From contig JAQVOV010000002.1 in assembly GCA_028702395.1 (NCBI GenBank), positions 27,213 to 69,632 on the forward strand: a DNA stretch of 42,420 bases, written 5' to 3'. The position numbers and the translations under genes are program-made. The notes beneath the pieces were generated by a model that was given only the letters and a program-made list of their open reading frames with translations, was not told the origin of the DNA and searched no databases. Positions 26,128 to 35,231 of this stretch are shown here, in pieces (the stretch's first letter is position 1; every line of letters begins with the position of its first letter). Source of the DNA: Candidatus Omnitrophota bacterium (GTDB lineage: Bacteria > Omnitrophota > Gorgyraeia > JABMRN01).

Positions 26128-26320
26128 AACCACTCCTTTCATAAAAATAATATTACTACTTTGTTTTAATTATATACTATTTTTTAAAAAAAGCAAATAA
26201 AATTAACATTTTTCTTTTATCGCAAAGAAAACCTCTACTTTTTATGTGATCAGAAAAAACATAATTCAGTATTTCACATTATATCAGTGAACTAATATAT
26301 ATCCTTATATTCTGTTCTGA

Positions 26321-27403
26321 TTAAAACCATTTTTTGCGTTTGAAATATGTGACCATTCCAACTACTATTGATATCATAATGATCCATGCAAAAACATAAC
26401 CATATCGCCAATTAAGTTCCGGCATGTTCAAAGGTGATATCGCAGTATTGAAATTCATACCATAGATACCTGCAACAAAAGTAAGAGGAATAAATATAGT
26501 TGCGATTATGGTCAGCACTTTCATTACTTCATTCATTCTATTACTTACACTGGAAAGATAAATATCAAGTGTGCCTGAGACTGTATCCCTAAATGATTCT
26601 ATTGTATCTATTATCTGTATAGTATGATTATATATATCCCTTAAATAAACTGCGGTTGTTTTCTTTATCAATTTTGATTCGGTTTTCTCCAATCCATTGA
26701 TAACTTCTCTCAAAGGCCATATGGTTTTGCGTAAAAATATTATATCCCTTTTCAGATCCTGTATTGTTTGCACGCTTTTTGGAGTAGGTTCATTTATCAG
26801 ATCATCTTCCATACTTTCAATATTTTCCCCTACCTTCTCCAGAATGACAAAATAATTATCAACAAGAGCATCTATAATTGAATAAACAAGATAATCTGCG
26901 CCCATCTTACGTATCTTACCCTTTGCCATTTTTATGCGATTTCTCAAAATATCAAAAACATCTCCTTCTGTTTCCTGAAAAGATATGACAAAATTTTGCC
27001 CTACTATTAAACTGACCTGCTCACATTTAATGTCATTTTCTTTTTCATCAAAATATAGCATCTTTAAAATAAGGAACATATAGTTTTCAGCATCCTCGAA
27101 TTTCGGACGTTGACTGGTATTAACTATATCAGCCATGAAAAGATGATGAATATTAAAATGATTTCCTATCTTTTCTATCAATGCTGTATCATGGATCCCG
27201 TCGATATTTATCCAGGATACGGTTTTTGTATCCCTTAAAAGAAAACAGTCCTCTATATTATCTATATATTTTTGAGTGAATTTATCCTGATCATAATCAA
27301 TAATACTTATCCTTACATGCTCTGTTTTCTTTTCCCCGACATATACCAATGCCCCTGGTTCAAGACCTATAGTATTGGAAATTTTTTTTATGAATCTTGC
27401 CAT
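26321..27403 (-). CDS. corA: magnesium/cobalt transporter CorA
   Basis: 360 aa with two C-terminal TM helices and the YGMNF signature. Confidence 0.9.
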   Translation of the reverse strand: MARFIKKISNTIGLEPGALVYVGEKKTEHVRISIIDYDQDKFTQKYIDNIEDCFLLRDTKTVSWINIDGIHDTALIEKIGNHFNIHHLFMADIVNTSQRPKFEDAENYMFLILKMLYFDEKENDIKCEQVSLIVGQNFVISFQETEGDVFDILRNRIKMAKGKIRKMGADYLVYSIIDALVDNYFVILEKVGENIESMEDDLINEPTPKSVQTIQDLKRDIIFLRKTIWPLREVINGLEKTESKLIKKTTAVYLRDIYNHTIQIIDTIESFRDTVSGTLDIYLSSVSNRMNEVMKVLTIIATIFIPLTFVAGIYGMNFNTAISPLNMPELNWRYGYVFAWIIMISIVVGMVTYFKRKKWF

Positions 27404-27431
27404 ATAGCTGCCTCCAACATTTGCTGTTTTA

Positions 27432-27503
27432 GTAGGGACAATTCATGCCCTATACCAGAGTTTTGCTATGCAAAACACGGTATAGGGTTTAAATTGCCCC
27501 TAC
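27432..27503 (-). repeat. 72-nt compound hairpin, copy 1 (inverted relative to copy 2)
   Basis: This copy matches the reverse complement of 29503-29574 at 71 of 72 positions. A GTAGGG(A/G)C...GCCCCTAC outer stem encloses a second palindrome. Confidence 0.9.
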
Positions 27504-27540
27504 TACTTTATAATATTGCAATTAAAATGAAAATTGTTAT

Positions 27541-27978
27541 TTACACGCCGATATCTTCATTCCATAAAGAAGGATTTTGTTCGATAAAATCCTTCATCAT
27601 TTCAATGCATTGTTTATCCTGTAAAACCTCTATTTTAACACCTCTGTTTTTAAGAAGTTCTTCTTCGCCCATAAAATTCTTGTTTTCCCCAATAATGACC
27701 TTAGGTATACCATATAACAAAACAGCACCTGTACACATTATACAAGGAGAAAGTGTCGTATACAATTCACATTTTTTATATATTGCTGATGTTTTTCTTC
27801 CTGCATTTTCCAATGCATCCATTTCACCGTGTAGAATAACACTGCCGTTTTGTATTCGTTTATTATGACCTTTGCCGATTATTTTACCCTCATATACCAA
27901 TACAGCACCTATTGGTAACCCTCCTTCTTCAAGGCCTTTTTGAGCTTCTGCTATAGCTTCTTTCATATACTCGTTCAT
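27541..27978 (-). CDS. cytosine deaminase, FCY1/CDA-fold type
   Basis: 145 aa with HGEMDALENAG and PCIMCTGA zinc motifs. It is collinear with my recollection of yeast Fcy1 (GHN.R.Q.GS..LHGE...LEN.GR, YTTLSPC.MCTGA, WNEDIG tail). Confidence 0.8.
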   Translation of the reverse strand: MNEYMKEAIAEAQKGLEEGGLPIGAVLVYEGKIIGKGHNKRIQNGSVILHGEMDALENAGRKTSAIYKKCELYTTLSPCIMCTGAVLLYGIPKVIIGENKNFMGEEELLKNRGVKIEVLQDKQCIEMMKDFIEQNPSLWNEDIGV

Positions 27979-27996
27979 TTTTTCTCCTTATACTAT

Positions 27997-28094
27997 AAAC
28001 CGTTATGCGTTGTGCGTTATTGCGTTATGCGTAAATCGTAAACCGTGAACCGTATATCTTTAAATCAATTAATACTATTCACTATTCACTAAAG
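27997..28094. repeat. hybrid element: CGTNNNN-word arm Y, TATCTTTAAATCAATT core, ATTCACT-word arm
   Basis: Arm Y at 27997-28054, core at 28055-28070, arm AATACTATTCACTATTCACTAAAG at 28071-28094. The complement of arm Y lies 1.55 kb away at 29605-29690. Confidence 0.8.
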
Positions 28095-28099
28095 CCCTA

Positions 28100-29314
28100 T
28101 TAACCTAAAACCTCTGATAATAGGTCCAGATAATCTGATATCAGTCTGGTAGTAAGAAAATGTTTTCTGACATGTTCTTTTGCTTTTACACCCATTGATT
28201 CACTTAATTTAGGATCTTTAAAAAGCTTTACTACTTTATCTGCACATGCTTTAAGATCATAAGGATCAACTAAAAATCCTGTTTGTCCATCAATGATCTG
28301 ATGAGGAATACCTCCTACATTACCTGCAACTACCGGTTTACCTTTCCATAAAGCTTCTGCTACGACCAACCCAAATCCCTCTTTAATTGATTTTTGGATA
28401 ATGACAGTAGAAAATCGTTGAATAGCATTCACAAGAAGCTCATTATTACCTACAACGAATAGAACATCTCCTTTATCAATATAACTTTTTGCTTTCGCAT
28501 AAACTCTTTCAAATATTTTCATACCTTCAGGGTCATCTGTTGCAAGGTTATAGCAATAAAGAAGCCTGCAATCCACTTTTTCTTTTACAAGTTTAAAAAC
28601 CTCAAGTACTCCTTCAGGGTCTTTCCAAGGATCCATTCTTGACACTTGTGTTAATAAAGGTTTATCTGTTGGGATATTATTATCTTTTATATACTTCATA
28701 ATCTCTTCTTCAGAGAGCTCTCTGTTCTTTAAAGACAAAGGATCTATTGCAGGTTGAATTACCTTTTGAATGACCGGAAGATCAGGTTTTCTGTATTTTT
28801 CGCTTGATATGATAATAGCATCATAACGGATCATGAATTTTTTTAAATACTCCCATAATTCTTTATTAGGATCAGTAATATCTATATGGCATCTCCATAT
28901 CCATGGTTGTTGTTTTCTGTAATAAGATATTAAAGGAAGCGGCTGTGGATCATGAACTATCAAACAATCATATTTATTAAGCTGCGAAAAACTTGCATAT
29001 TCCTGATTTATATCAGTATAAATAGATTTTACTTGTGGGGAAAGATCAATAGGCCCGCTTTGAAGTGCATTGTGAAAACTTTTTGTTACATCAAAAAAAG
29101 CAGGGCTTCCGTGAATTGTACGCCATTCTGCGTCTAAACCAACCTCGTTCATAAGAGGAACCATTCTTCCCAGTATTTCAGCAACACCTCCGCCTAAAAA
29201 TGTTGCGTTTACATTCGCTATCTTCTTACGATATAATTTATTGGCTTTCTTGAATATCTTTGATATCGTTTCAACACCTACAATATCAATATAATCTGAT
29301 ATACTTCTCATCAT
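28100..29314 (-). CDS. treT: trehalose glycosyltransferring synthase TreT-like GT4 glycosyltransferase
   Basis: 404 aa, collinear with archaeal TreT as recalled (GGGVAEIL, FF.VTK.FHNALQ, VHDPQP, PW.WRCHID, VSR.DPWK, EGFGL.V.EA.WKGKPV). Confidence 0.8.
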   Translation of the reverse strand: MMRSISDYIDIVGVETISKIFKKANKLYRKKIANVNATFLGGGVAEILGRMVPLMNEVGLDAEWRTIHGSPAFFDVTKSFHNALQSGPIDLSPQVKSIYTDINQEYASFSQLNKYDCLIVHDPQPLPLISYYRKQQPWIWRCHIDITDPNKELWEYLKKFMIRYDAIIISSEKYRKPDLPVIQKVIQPAIDPLSLKNRELSEEEIMKYIKDNNIPTDKPLLTQVSRMDPWKDPEGVLEVFKLVKEKVDCRLLYCYNLATDDPEGMKIFERVYAKAKSYIDKGDVLFVVGNNELLVNAIQRFSTVIIQKSIKEGFGLVVAEALWKGKPVVAGNVGGIPHQIIDGQTGFLVDPYDLKACADKVVKLFKDPKLSESMGVKAKEHVRKHFLTTRLISDYLDLLSEVLG

Positions 29315-29502
29315 GTTTTACTCCTTTTTTTTAGGAAAAATTATTCTGAAAAGAACCATATATAAAAGTTAATATATTATAACACAATATCATCTCTTGT
29401 GTTCATTTTTTTAAAACGGCTTGATAATGGCAGATTGGTTTAACTAGTTGGACTAATCTGGTCTTAAAGATGAAAGTGTTGGAAATTCTCAACGATGTTT
29501 TT

Positions 29503-29574
29503 GTAGGGGCAATTTAAACCCTATACCGTGTTTTGCATAGCAAAACTCTGGTATAGGGCATGAATTGCCCCTAC
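29503..29574 (+). repeat. 72-nt compound hairpin, copy 2
   Basis: GTAGGGGCAATT + 44-nt palindrome (TAAACCCTATACCGTGTTTTGCATAGCAAAACTCTGGTATAGGG) + CATGAATTGCCCCTAC. Confidence 0.9.
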
Positions 29575-29604
29575 TGAAAAACATGCAATAGCACAATAAC
29601 AAAT

Positions 29605-29690
29605 TACGGTTCACGGTTCACGATTTACGACATACGCATAACGCACAACGCTTTACGACTTACGGCTTGCGACTCACGACTAACGGTTTA
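29605..29690. repeat. heptamer-word arm Y' (about 12 units, TACGGTT CACGGTT CACGATT TACGACA ...)
   Basis: The first 25 nt match the reverse complement of 28030-28054 with 1 mismatch. A further shared 14-mer, ATAACGCACAACGC, follows a one-unit indel. Confidence 0.85.
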
Positions 29691-29756
29691 CCTTAATACC
29701 TAAACTATGTTTTTTAAAAAAGTGTTAGATTCAAAACAAGATCCCATGACTTAAAA

Positions 29757-30470
29757 CTAAAATAACATTTTTATACCTATAAAAAACAAAGCTATCAGTA
29801 CTATCTTACGAAAAGTCTGTTGACTTATTTTCTGTAAAAGGATCTTTCCTGTTTTAACTCCTAAATATGCGCTGATGAACATAAAAGGAATAAGCATGTA
29901 ATACGAAGTATCCTGCACGATCTTAACAAATAGATAAGCAGGTATTCTGGTAAGATCTATAACAAAAGCTATCATAGCAGAAGTGCCGATATATATTTCT
30001 TTAGGCATGTCAAATGCTACCAAAAATGTTGATCTTATTGCACCACCTAAACCTATTAACCCTGCTAAAAACCCAGAAAGACCTCCTCCAATAAAAGCAG
30101 ATGATCTTGTTTTTTTTATGACAAATCTAGGTTTTACCAAAGAATACAGAGAAAAAACTATCAGAAATACAGCCAATATGCTCTTTACCACATCTACTGG
30201 AACAATAGAAATAAGTGCAGCACCTATCAAAGCAAAGCAAATGCTTGGAATACCAAAAAGCAAAAAGATATTAAGATCTATTTTATTCCAAAAAAGCTTG
30301 ATCTTAAAGGTGTTACTGAATAGATGAAAACAAGCTACAAGAAAAATTGCCGTTTTCAGATCCATGAACATAGTGGCAACAGGCACAAGAAGAGTTGAAC
30401 TCCCAAACCCGGCTAAAGTTGCTGCAATTGCAGCAAAAAAAGAGGCTATTAAAAATACAATGTTTTCCAT
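29757..30470 (-). CDS. TauE/SafE family sulfite/anion exporter
   Basis: 237-aa polytopic membrane protein with Gly-rich TM helices typical of DUF81/TauE. Confidence 0.75.
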   Translation of the reverse strand: MENIVFLIASFFAAIAATLAGFGSSTLLVPVATMFMDLKTAIFLVACFHLFSNTFKIKLFWNKIDLNIFLLFGIPSICFALIGAALISIVPVDVVKSILAVFLIVFSLYSLVKPRFVIKKTRSSAFIGGGLSGFLAGLIGLGGAIRSTFLVAFDMPKEIYIGTSAMIAFVIDLTRIPAYLFVKIVQDTSYYMLIPFMFISAYLGVKTGKILLQKISQQTFRKIVLIALFFIGIKMLF

Positions 30471-30495
30471 TAGTATCCTGATTGTAAGAAAGAAT

Positions 30496-31374
30496 TTACA
30501 CTTTCAGATCAAATCTTTTTCTATACCCGCATTTTCTGCAAAGGGATTCAACTACTTTTCTTTCCGAAAACCCTTTAAATAAAGCCTTTGCTCTTTTACC
30601 TTCAATGATCTGTTTAAAATTATTTTCATTTATGTTCCCAAGATCTATTGTTCCTTCACTATCCAAACAGCAGGGAACTACAGTCCCATCTACAAGGATA
30701 GCAGCCTGATGCCTAAGCCCTAAACAAAATCCTTCATCATTTATATCAGGTATCAACTCATTAGGCCATTCGAATAAAGAGCTCATATTCACATAAACAT
30801 TGTCTTTAAGTTTAAGTCCGTTCCCATCTGTAGGGATCTCTTCTATTTTCGATGGAACATCGCAGAACTTTTCGATCCTTTCTAACATATAGGCATTTAT
30901 CCATGTTGGCTGTATCTTTTTATTTTGTATGTTCCACAATCTAAAACATACAATAAAGCCTGGAGGATTCCCTGATAAAGATATAAGATCAAAAATTTCA
31001 TTAAGATATGCATCGACGACTTTTTTTGGTGTATTTTCATCAAAGATATGCAGGGAAAAATTCATAGCCCTAATAGCAGGTTTAAACAAAAGTTTTTCTT
31101 TTGCTTGTTTAACAAGAGTTCCATTTGTAGTGATATTTACCTTAAAACCTTTATCTTCGCAGATATCCAAAAAAGACCCTATCTCAGGATGTAAAAGCGG
31201 TTCTCCCATAACATGAAAGTGTAGATACCTGGAATGATCTTTTACTTGTTCAAGTATCCTTTTAAACAGGTCTACACTCATGAATTCCGGTTTTCGTTTA
31301 GTTTTCGGACAAAAAGTGCACTCTAAGTTGCATGTATTCGTTATTTCTATATAGATCTTTTTGAATTGCTCCAT
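30496..31374 (-). CDS. radical SAM protein with Cys-rich C-terminal (SPASM-like) region
   Basis: CNLECTFC (CxxxCxxC) cluster motif at the N-terminus. C-terminal cysteines at VPCCLD and CRKCGY. Confidence 0.8.
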   Translation of the reverse strand: MEQFKKIYIEITNTCNLECTFCPKTKRKPEFMSVDLFKRILEQVKDHSRYLHFHVMGEPLLHPEIGSFLDICEDKGFKVNITTNGTLVKQAKEKLLFKPAIRAMNFSLHIFDENTPKKVVDAYLNEIFDLISLSGNPPGFIVCFRLWNIQNKKIQPTWINAYMLERIEKFCDVPSKIEEIPTDGNGLKLKDNVYVNMSSLFEWPNELIPDINDEGFCLGLRHQAAILVDGTVVPCCLDSEGTIDLGNINENNFKQIIEGKRAKALFKGFSERKVVESLCRKCGYRKRFDLKV

Positions 31375-31573
31375 AATGTTCGTATTTTATATGAGATCTT
31401 TAAATAAGTCCATTTCTTTATTCTTCATTAACAAAAATATCATTGCCCCCATCCCAGAGTACAATGATATGATAAATTTGCAATTTTTCTGTTCAACGCT
31501 TATTGGTCAGATAACTACGTTTTTCAGCACTTATTGAAAAACCCTGCCTTTAGACTCATAGATAAAATAAAGT

Positions 31574-32227
31574 TCAAAACAAAAGCTTTAAACTGGTGCC
31601 GAAAATATTCCAATGTTCCCATTTTTCGTTCTTGGATGACTGGATCATATAATATATATCACCTTGAAGATCATCAGTCAGTTTAATGTTAAATCCCATA
31701 TAAATTCTGTTGCGATCCACTTTTTCCTTATCAAGATCAAAAAATATTTCATCAGCCGTATATGGTTGAATTTTAAATCTGGTCAATTTAAGAGGAAATT
31801 TAACAGTCAACTTATTACGATATCTCCAGTAATCATGTTTGTTTTTCCTGATCCTGTATTCGAACAAAGCACGATTACTGAGATCCAGATCAAAAAAAGA
31901 AAATTTGAAAGTAGCATTAAAATGCGGTCTATTTTCAAGCTGCCATTTACCTTTGTTTTTCTCATAAATATGCCTGTAATTAATTCCTAGATCAAGCCAT
32001 TTTGCTAACCCTGAATAAACTATCCCAATGTCTGTATGTTCATAATATAGTACACTACTGTTATCGCCAAACCGAAATTCTTCAGCTAATGTTACTTTCC
32101 AGCTTTTCTTTATTTTCAGGGAAACACTTTCATTGTTCCAGTACTGAAAATCTCCGTTCTCAAAAGCATAGGAACTTACTTCGATCAACATTGAAATGAC
32201 ACTTATCAATATAAATATTTTTTTCAT
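31574..32227 (-). CDS. DUF2490-like predicted outer-membrane protein
   Basis: Signal peptide, alternating beta-strand pattern, and conserved-looking R.R / DE.F / NR motifs recalled for DUF2490. Confidence 0.5.
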   Translation of the reverse strand: MKKIFILISVISMLIEVSSYAFENGDFQYWNNESVSLKIKKSWKVTLAEEFRFGDNSSVLYYEHTDIGIVYSGLAKWLDLGINYRHIYEKNKGKWQLENRPHFNATFKFSFFDLDLSNRALFEYRIRKNKHDYWRYRNKLTVKFPLKLTRFKIQPYTADEIFFDLDKEKVDRNRIYMGFNIKLTDDLQGDIYYMIQSSKNEKWEHWNIFGTSLKLLF

Positions 32228-32231
32228 TTTA

Positions 32232-33080
32232 TCATCCTGCTATTAGTTTCCAAAGAGTCAAAACTCCCAGAATTATAGTCAATACTGCAATTGCAAGTTT
32301 CAATCTTTTCTCAGTTATTTTTTTTACACTTTTCACTGAAAAAGGCACAGAAAGGATCGCACCGGCTGTAATACAAGTAACTAGTTGCAGATTTAGATTA
32401 TTCCCTGAAACAATAAAATATGTAGCGATCCCAACAGCACATGTCAATCCTTCAGCTAAGGATGTTATCCCAACTGCGCTTTTCCCTTCCACTCCTGAAA
32501 GTATCTGCCCGCTGGTAACTACAGGACCATATCCGCCTCCGCTAATTCCTTTGTTGAAAGAAGCTAACAATCCAAGCCCGATTATTTTGTTCCATGAGAA
32601 ACGAAAAGTCTTATTAAAGCAGATGAGAATAATAATACCCATAGAAATAACCAATATACCTATGTAAAGTTTTATCCAGAATTTCGGCAAGCTAACTGCT
32701 ATAAAAACAGCGCTTATAGTTCCCACTATACTGCACATAGCCAAGATTAAAGCTACTTTTAAGTGCTTTGGAAACACCTTTTTTGCTGTCTTAATGTAAC
32801 CGAAACTTTTTAGTTCTGAAATTATCTCAGGCATATCGATCATTTTTGGTCTGAAATCAACATTACCTTCTTTATGGTGCAAAGCGCCAGCCAGTAAACC
32901 GCTGAAAAGTTCTGATATTAGAACTACAGGTACCACTTGTAAAGGTTCATATCCCATGATCAAAAGAATCGGGGTTAGAGTTGTACCATAACCCATTCCT
33001 AATGTAGAATCCATATATTCACAGAAAAATGCCAGCACACCCATTGCTAATATTATCCCCAAAGTCATTTCTAATCCCAT
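32232..33080 (-). CDS. TauE/SafE family membrane transporter
   Basis: 282-aa polytopic membrane protein, DUF81-like, preceded by AGGAG. Confidence 0.75.
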   Translation of the reverse strand: MGLEMTLGIILAMGVLAFFCEYMDSTLGMGYGTTLTPILLIMGYEPLQVVPVVLISELFSGLLAGALHHKEGNVDFRPKMIDMPEIISELKSFGYIKTAKKVFPKHLKVALILAMCSIVGTISAVFIAVSLPKFWIKLYIGILVISMGIIILICFNKTFRFSWNKIIGLGLLASFNKGISGGGYGPVVTSGQILSGVEGKSAVGITSLAEGLTCAVGIATYFIVSGNNLNLQLVTCITAGAILSVPFSVKSVKKITEKRLKLAIAVLTIILGVLTLWKLIAG

Positions 33081-33097
33081 GCAAATTCTCCTTTCTT

Positions 33098-33143
33098 AAA
33101 AAAATGAGGCTAAGAATTTTGCTTAAGCAAAACTCTTAGCCTC
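33098..33143 (-). terminator. strong hairpin plus U-tract between yezD-like gene and TauE gene (terminator or attenuator)
   Basis: Minus strand reads GAGGCTAAGAGTTTTGCTTAAGCAAAATTCTTAGCCTC followed by ATTTTTTT. Confidence 0.7.
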
Positions 33144-33179
33144 CAGTTTTCCGGTCAGCTCTGATAAAAAATAATTTCT

Positions 33180-33374
33180 TTACCGTAATCTGATTTTATC
33201 TATTTTGTCTATTTGAATTATTCTGCCATCCTGAATATGGACCTGAACAGTACCGTGCTGTACTGATTTAATTGCATCCATCATTTTTTCAACCGCTTTT
33301 CCGCTTAATTTTTCTGCGGTTTTTAAGTTATTAACATCGCTTTTTGATATTTCGTTCTTAACTCTGCTATTCAT
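33180..33374 (-). CDS. YezD/DUF2292 family small protein
   Basis: 64 aa with the C-terminal HGTVQVHIQDGRIIQIDKIDKIRL pattern typical of YezD. It overlaps the Rrf2 stop (ATGA). Confidence 0.65.
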   Translation of the reverse strand: MNSRVKNEISKSDVNNLKTAEKLSGKAVEKMMDAIKSVQHGTVQVHIQDGRIIQIDKIDKIRLR

Positions 33375-33772
33375 ATTAGATCCGCTATTTTTAACCGCTC
33401 GACTTTATTTGAAATATAATCCCGAATTTCCTTGAATACACTCATGATCTTTTTCTCTTTTTCTATAGGTGTATGCTCAAAGAAATATTTACTGACAACC
33501 AAAGTTGGCGCTAAAGCCCCATCCATTAACCGTATGATCTCGGCAACTGAAATTTTTTGAGGAGAAACAGCTAATTTGTATCCCCCGTTCGAACCTCTTT
33601 TTGCTTTCAAATATTTAGCCTGTTTTAATGATAAAAACAAATGCTCCAGATACTTTTTGGAAATATCATACTTTTTGCATATATCTTCTATCTTTACATA
33701 ATCGTTATTTCCGGATCTGGCTATATAGACCAAAGCCAGAAGGGAATATTCACTTTTAGTTGTTAATTTCAT
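33371..33772 (-). CDS. Rrf2 family transcriptional regulator
   Basis: 133 aa with the MKLTTKSEYSLLALVYIA N-terminus and a winged helix typical of Rrf2/CymR/IscR. Confidence 0.85.
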   Translation of the reverse strand: MKLTTKSEYSLLALVYIARSGNNDYVKIEDICKKYDISKKYLEHLFLSLKQAKYLKAKRGSNGGYKLAVSPQKISVAEIIRLMDGALAPTLVVSKYFFEHTPIEKEKKIMSVFKEIRDYISNKVERLKIADLI

Positions 33773-33831
33773 ACCAAGACCTTATCTGTGTTTTATATCT
33801 TGTTTATTTTGTCTATCTTGTCTATGGAGTT

Positions 33832-33866
33832 AGTATACAAATAAAACATGGAATTGTCAACAATTG
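33832..33866 (-). promoter_or_regulatory. promoter of the Rrf2 operon with a palindrome over the -35
   Basis: Minus strand reads TTGACA (33855-33860), a 17-nt spacer, then TATACT (33832-33837). The palindrome AATTGT-(CA on the plus strand)-ACAATT at 33852-33865 overlaps the -35. Confidence 0.55.
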
Positions 33867-33962
33867 ATTTTTAAAAGGTATCTTAAAAACATCAAAAGAG
33901 TCTCAAGAAGATTTTTTTAAGGATGGTTCAAGTGGTACCTCAGAAAGCCGCGAATGACAAGT

Positions 33963-35009
33963 TCAAAAACAACGCTTATTTTTCTTTTTTTGGCAGACTT
34001 TGTTGCATTTATAACAGATCTCGTTCTTTAAATATCCCCCTTTAAAGAACTCCTGAACATTTGATAATGTAGTATCTGCAATGTTTGTAAGAGCTTCTTT
34101 GGTAAAAAACCCCTGGTGTGAAGTGATCAAGACATTTGAGAATGTCAGAAGTCTTGCAAGTACATCATCCCTTATTACAGAGGAAGAAAGATCTTCAAAA
34201 AAATAGTCGCTTTCTTCTTCATAAACATCCAATCCGGCAGAACCGACATGTCCTTTTTTCAGCATTTCTATAAGATGCCCTGTATTGATAAGGCCGCCTC
34301 TTCCTGTATTTATTATCATGACACCTTTTTTCATCTTTTTCATGGTTTGTTTATCTATGAGATGAAAGGTATCTTTTGTCATAGGGCAATGCAGTGAAAT
34401 AATATCAGAATCTTTATAGAGCTTATCAAGGCTTACATATGAAATTTTGTTTTTTTTAGCATAATTTTTATCAGGTAAAATATCATAAGCAAGGATGTTC
34501 ATTCCAAATCCTTTTAAAATATTTATGGCACATTTCCCTATTTGGCCTGTACCTATAATACCTGCTGTTTTACCATGTAGATCAAAACCCATAAGACCAT
34601 TAATAGAAAAATTTCCATCCCGTGTTCTATAATAAGCCCTATGGGTTTTTCTGTTAAGTCCAAGAATAAGAGCAACTGCATGTTCTGCAACTGCATAAGG
34701 AGAGTATCCTGGAACACGTACTACATGTATATTTCCATATACAGACTGCAGATTCACATTATTATAACCTGCACATCTTAAAGCAATAAGTTTAACACCG
34801 TTCTTTATAAGAGCGTCTATAACTTTCTTGTTAACTATATCATTAACAAAAACGCAAACAACATCATATCCTTTAGAGAAAGAAACTGTTTTTTCATTCA
34901 AATGTTCGTTAAAATAATCAATTTCAAACTTATATTTTTTATTTATTTCATTGAAAAAATCTTTGTCATATTCTTTTGTATCATAAAATAATATCTTTTT
35001 CTCTGCCAT
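33963..35009 (-). CDS. ldhA: D-lactate dehydrogenase / D-2-hydroxyacid dehydrogenase
   Basis: D-isomer-specific 2-hydroxyacid dehydrogenase pattern (GIIGTGQIG, catalytic R/E/H region). The start is set at MAEKKILFYD, preceded by AGGAG. The tail NEICYKCNKVCQKKKNKRCF is unusually Cys/Lys-rich. Confidence 0.85.
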   Translation of the reverse strand: MAEKKILFYDTKEYDKDFFNEINKKYKFEIDYFNEHLNEKTVSFSKGYDVVCVFVNDIVNKKVIDALIKNGVKLIALRCAGYNNVNLQSVYGNIHVVRVPGYSPYAVAEHAVALILGLNRKTHRAYYRTRDGNFSINGLMGFDLHGKTAGIIGTGQIGKCAINILKGFGMNILAYDILPDKNYAKKNKISYVSLDKLYKDSDIISLHCPMTKDTFHLIDKQTMKKMKKGVMIINTGRGGLINTGHLIEMLKKGHVGSAGLDVYEEESDYFFEDLSSSVIRDDVLARLLTFSNVLITSHQGFFTKEALTNIADTTLSNVQEFFKGGYLKNEICYKCNKVCQKKKNKRCF

Positions 35010-35231
35010 TTTAAACTCCTTTTCATCTATCAAGGTCAACACAGATAGAACTTAGGGACATTATATAGTTTTAAAATGCATCCTTTTTATAAACCAATGG
35101 TCTGGCTATCTCTGGTCCCGAATACTAATATGTTACCAAGCGAATAGCTTTTTGTCAATTGTGCAAAACTTGATCGAGTTAAAATAACACTTAAAAGAAG
35201 ATATATTCTTCTATAAATATAAGATCGTTCA

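Noticed and set aside
27272-27868. 198-aa plus-strand ORF.
   Set aside because: It runs antisense across the corA 5' end, an intergenic repeat and the deaminase gene. It is low-complexity, has no SD, and both overlapped genes have strong family signatures.
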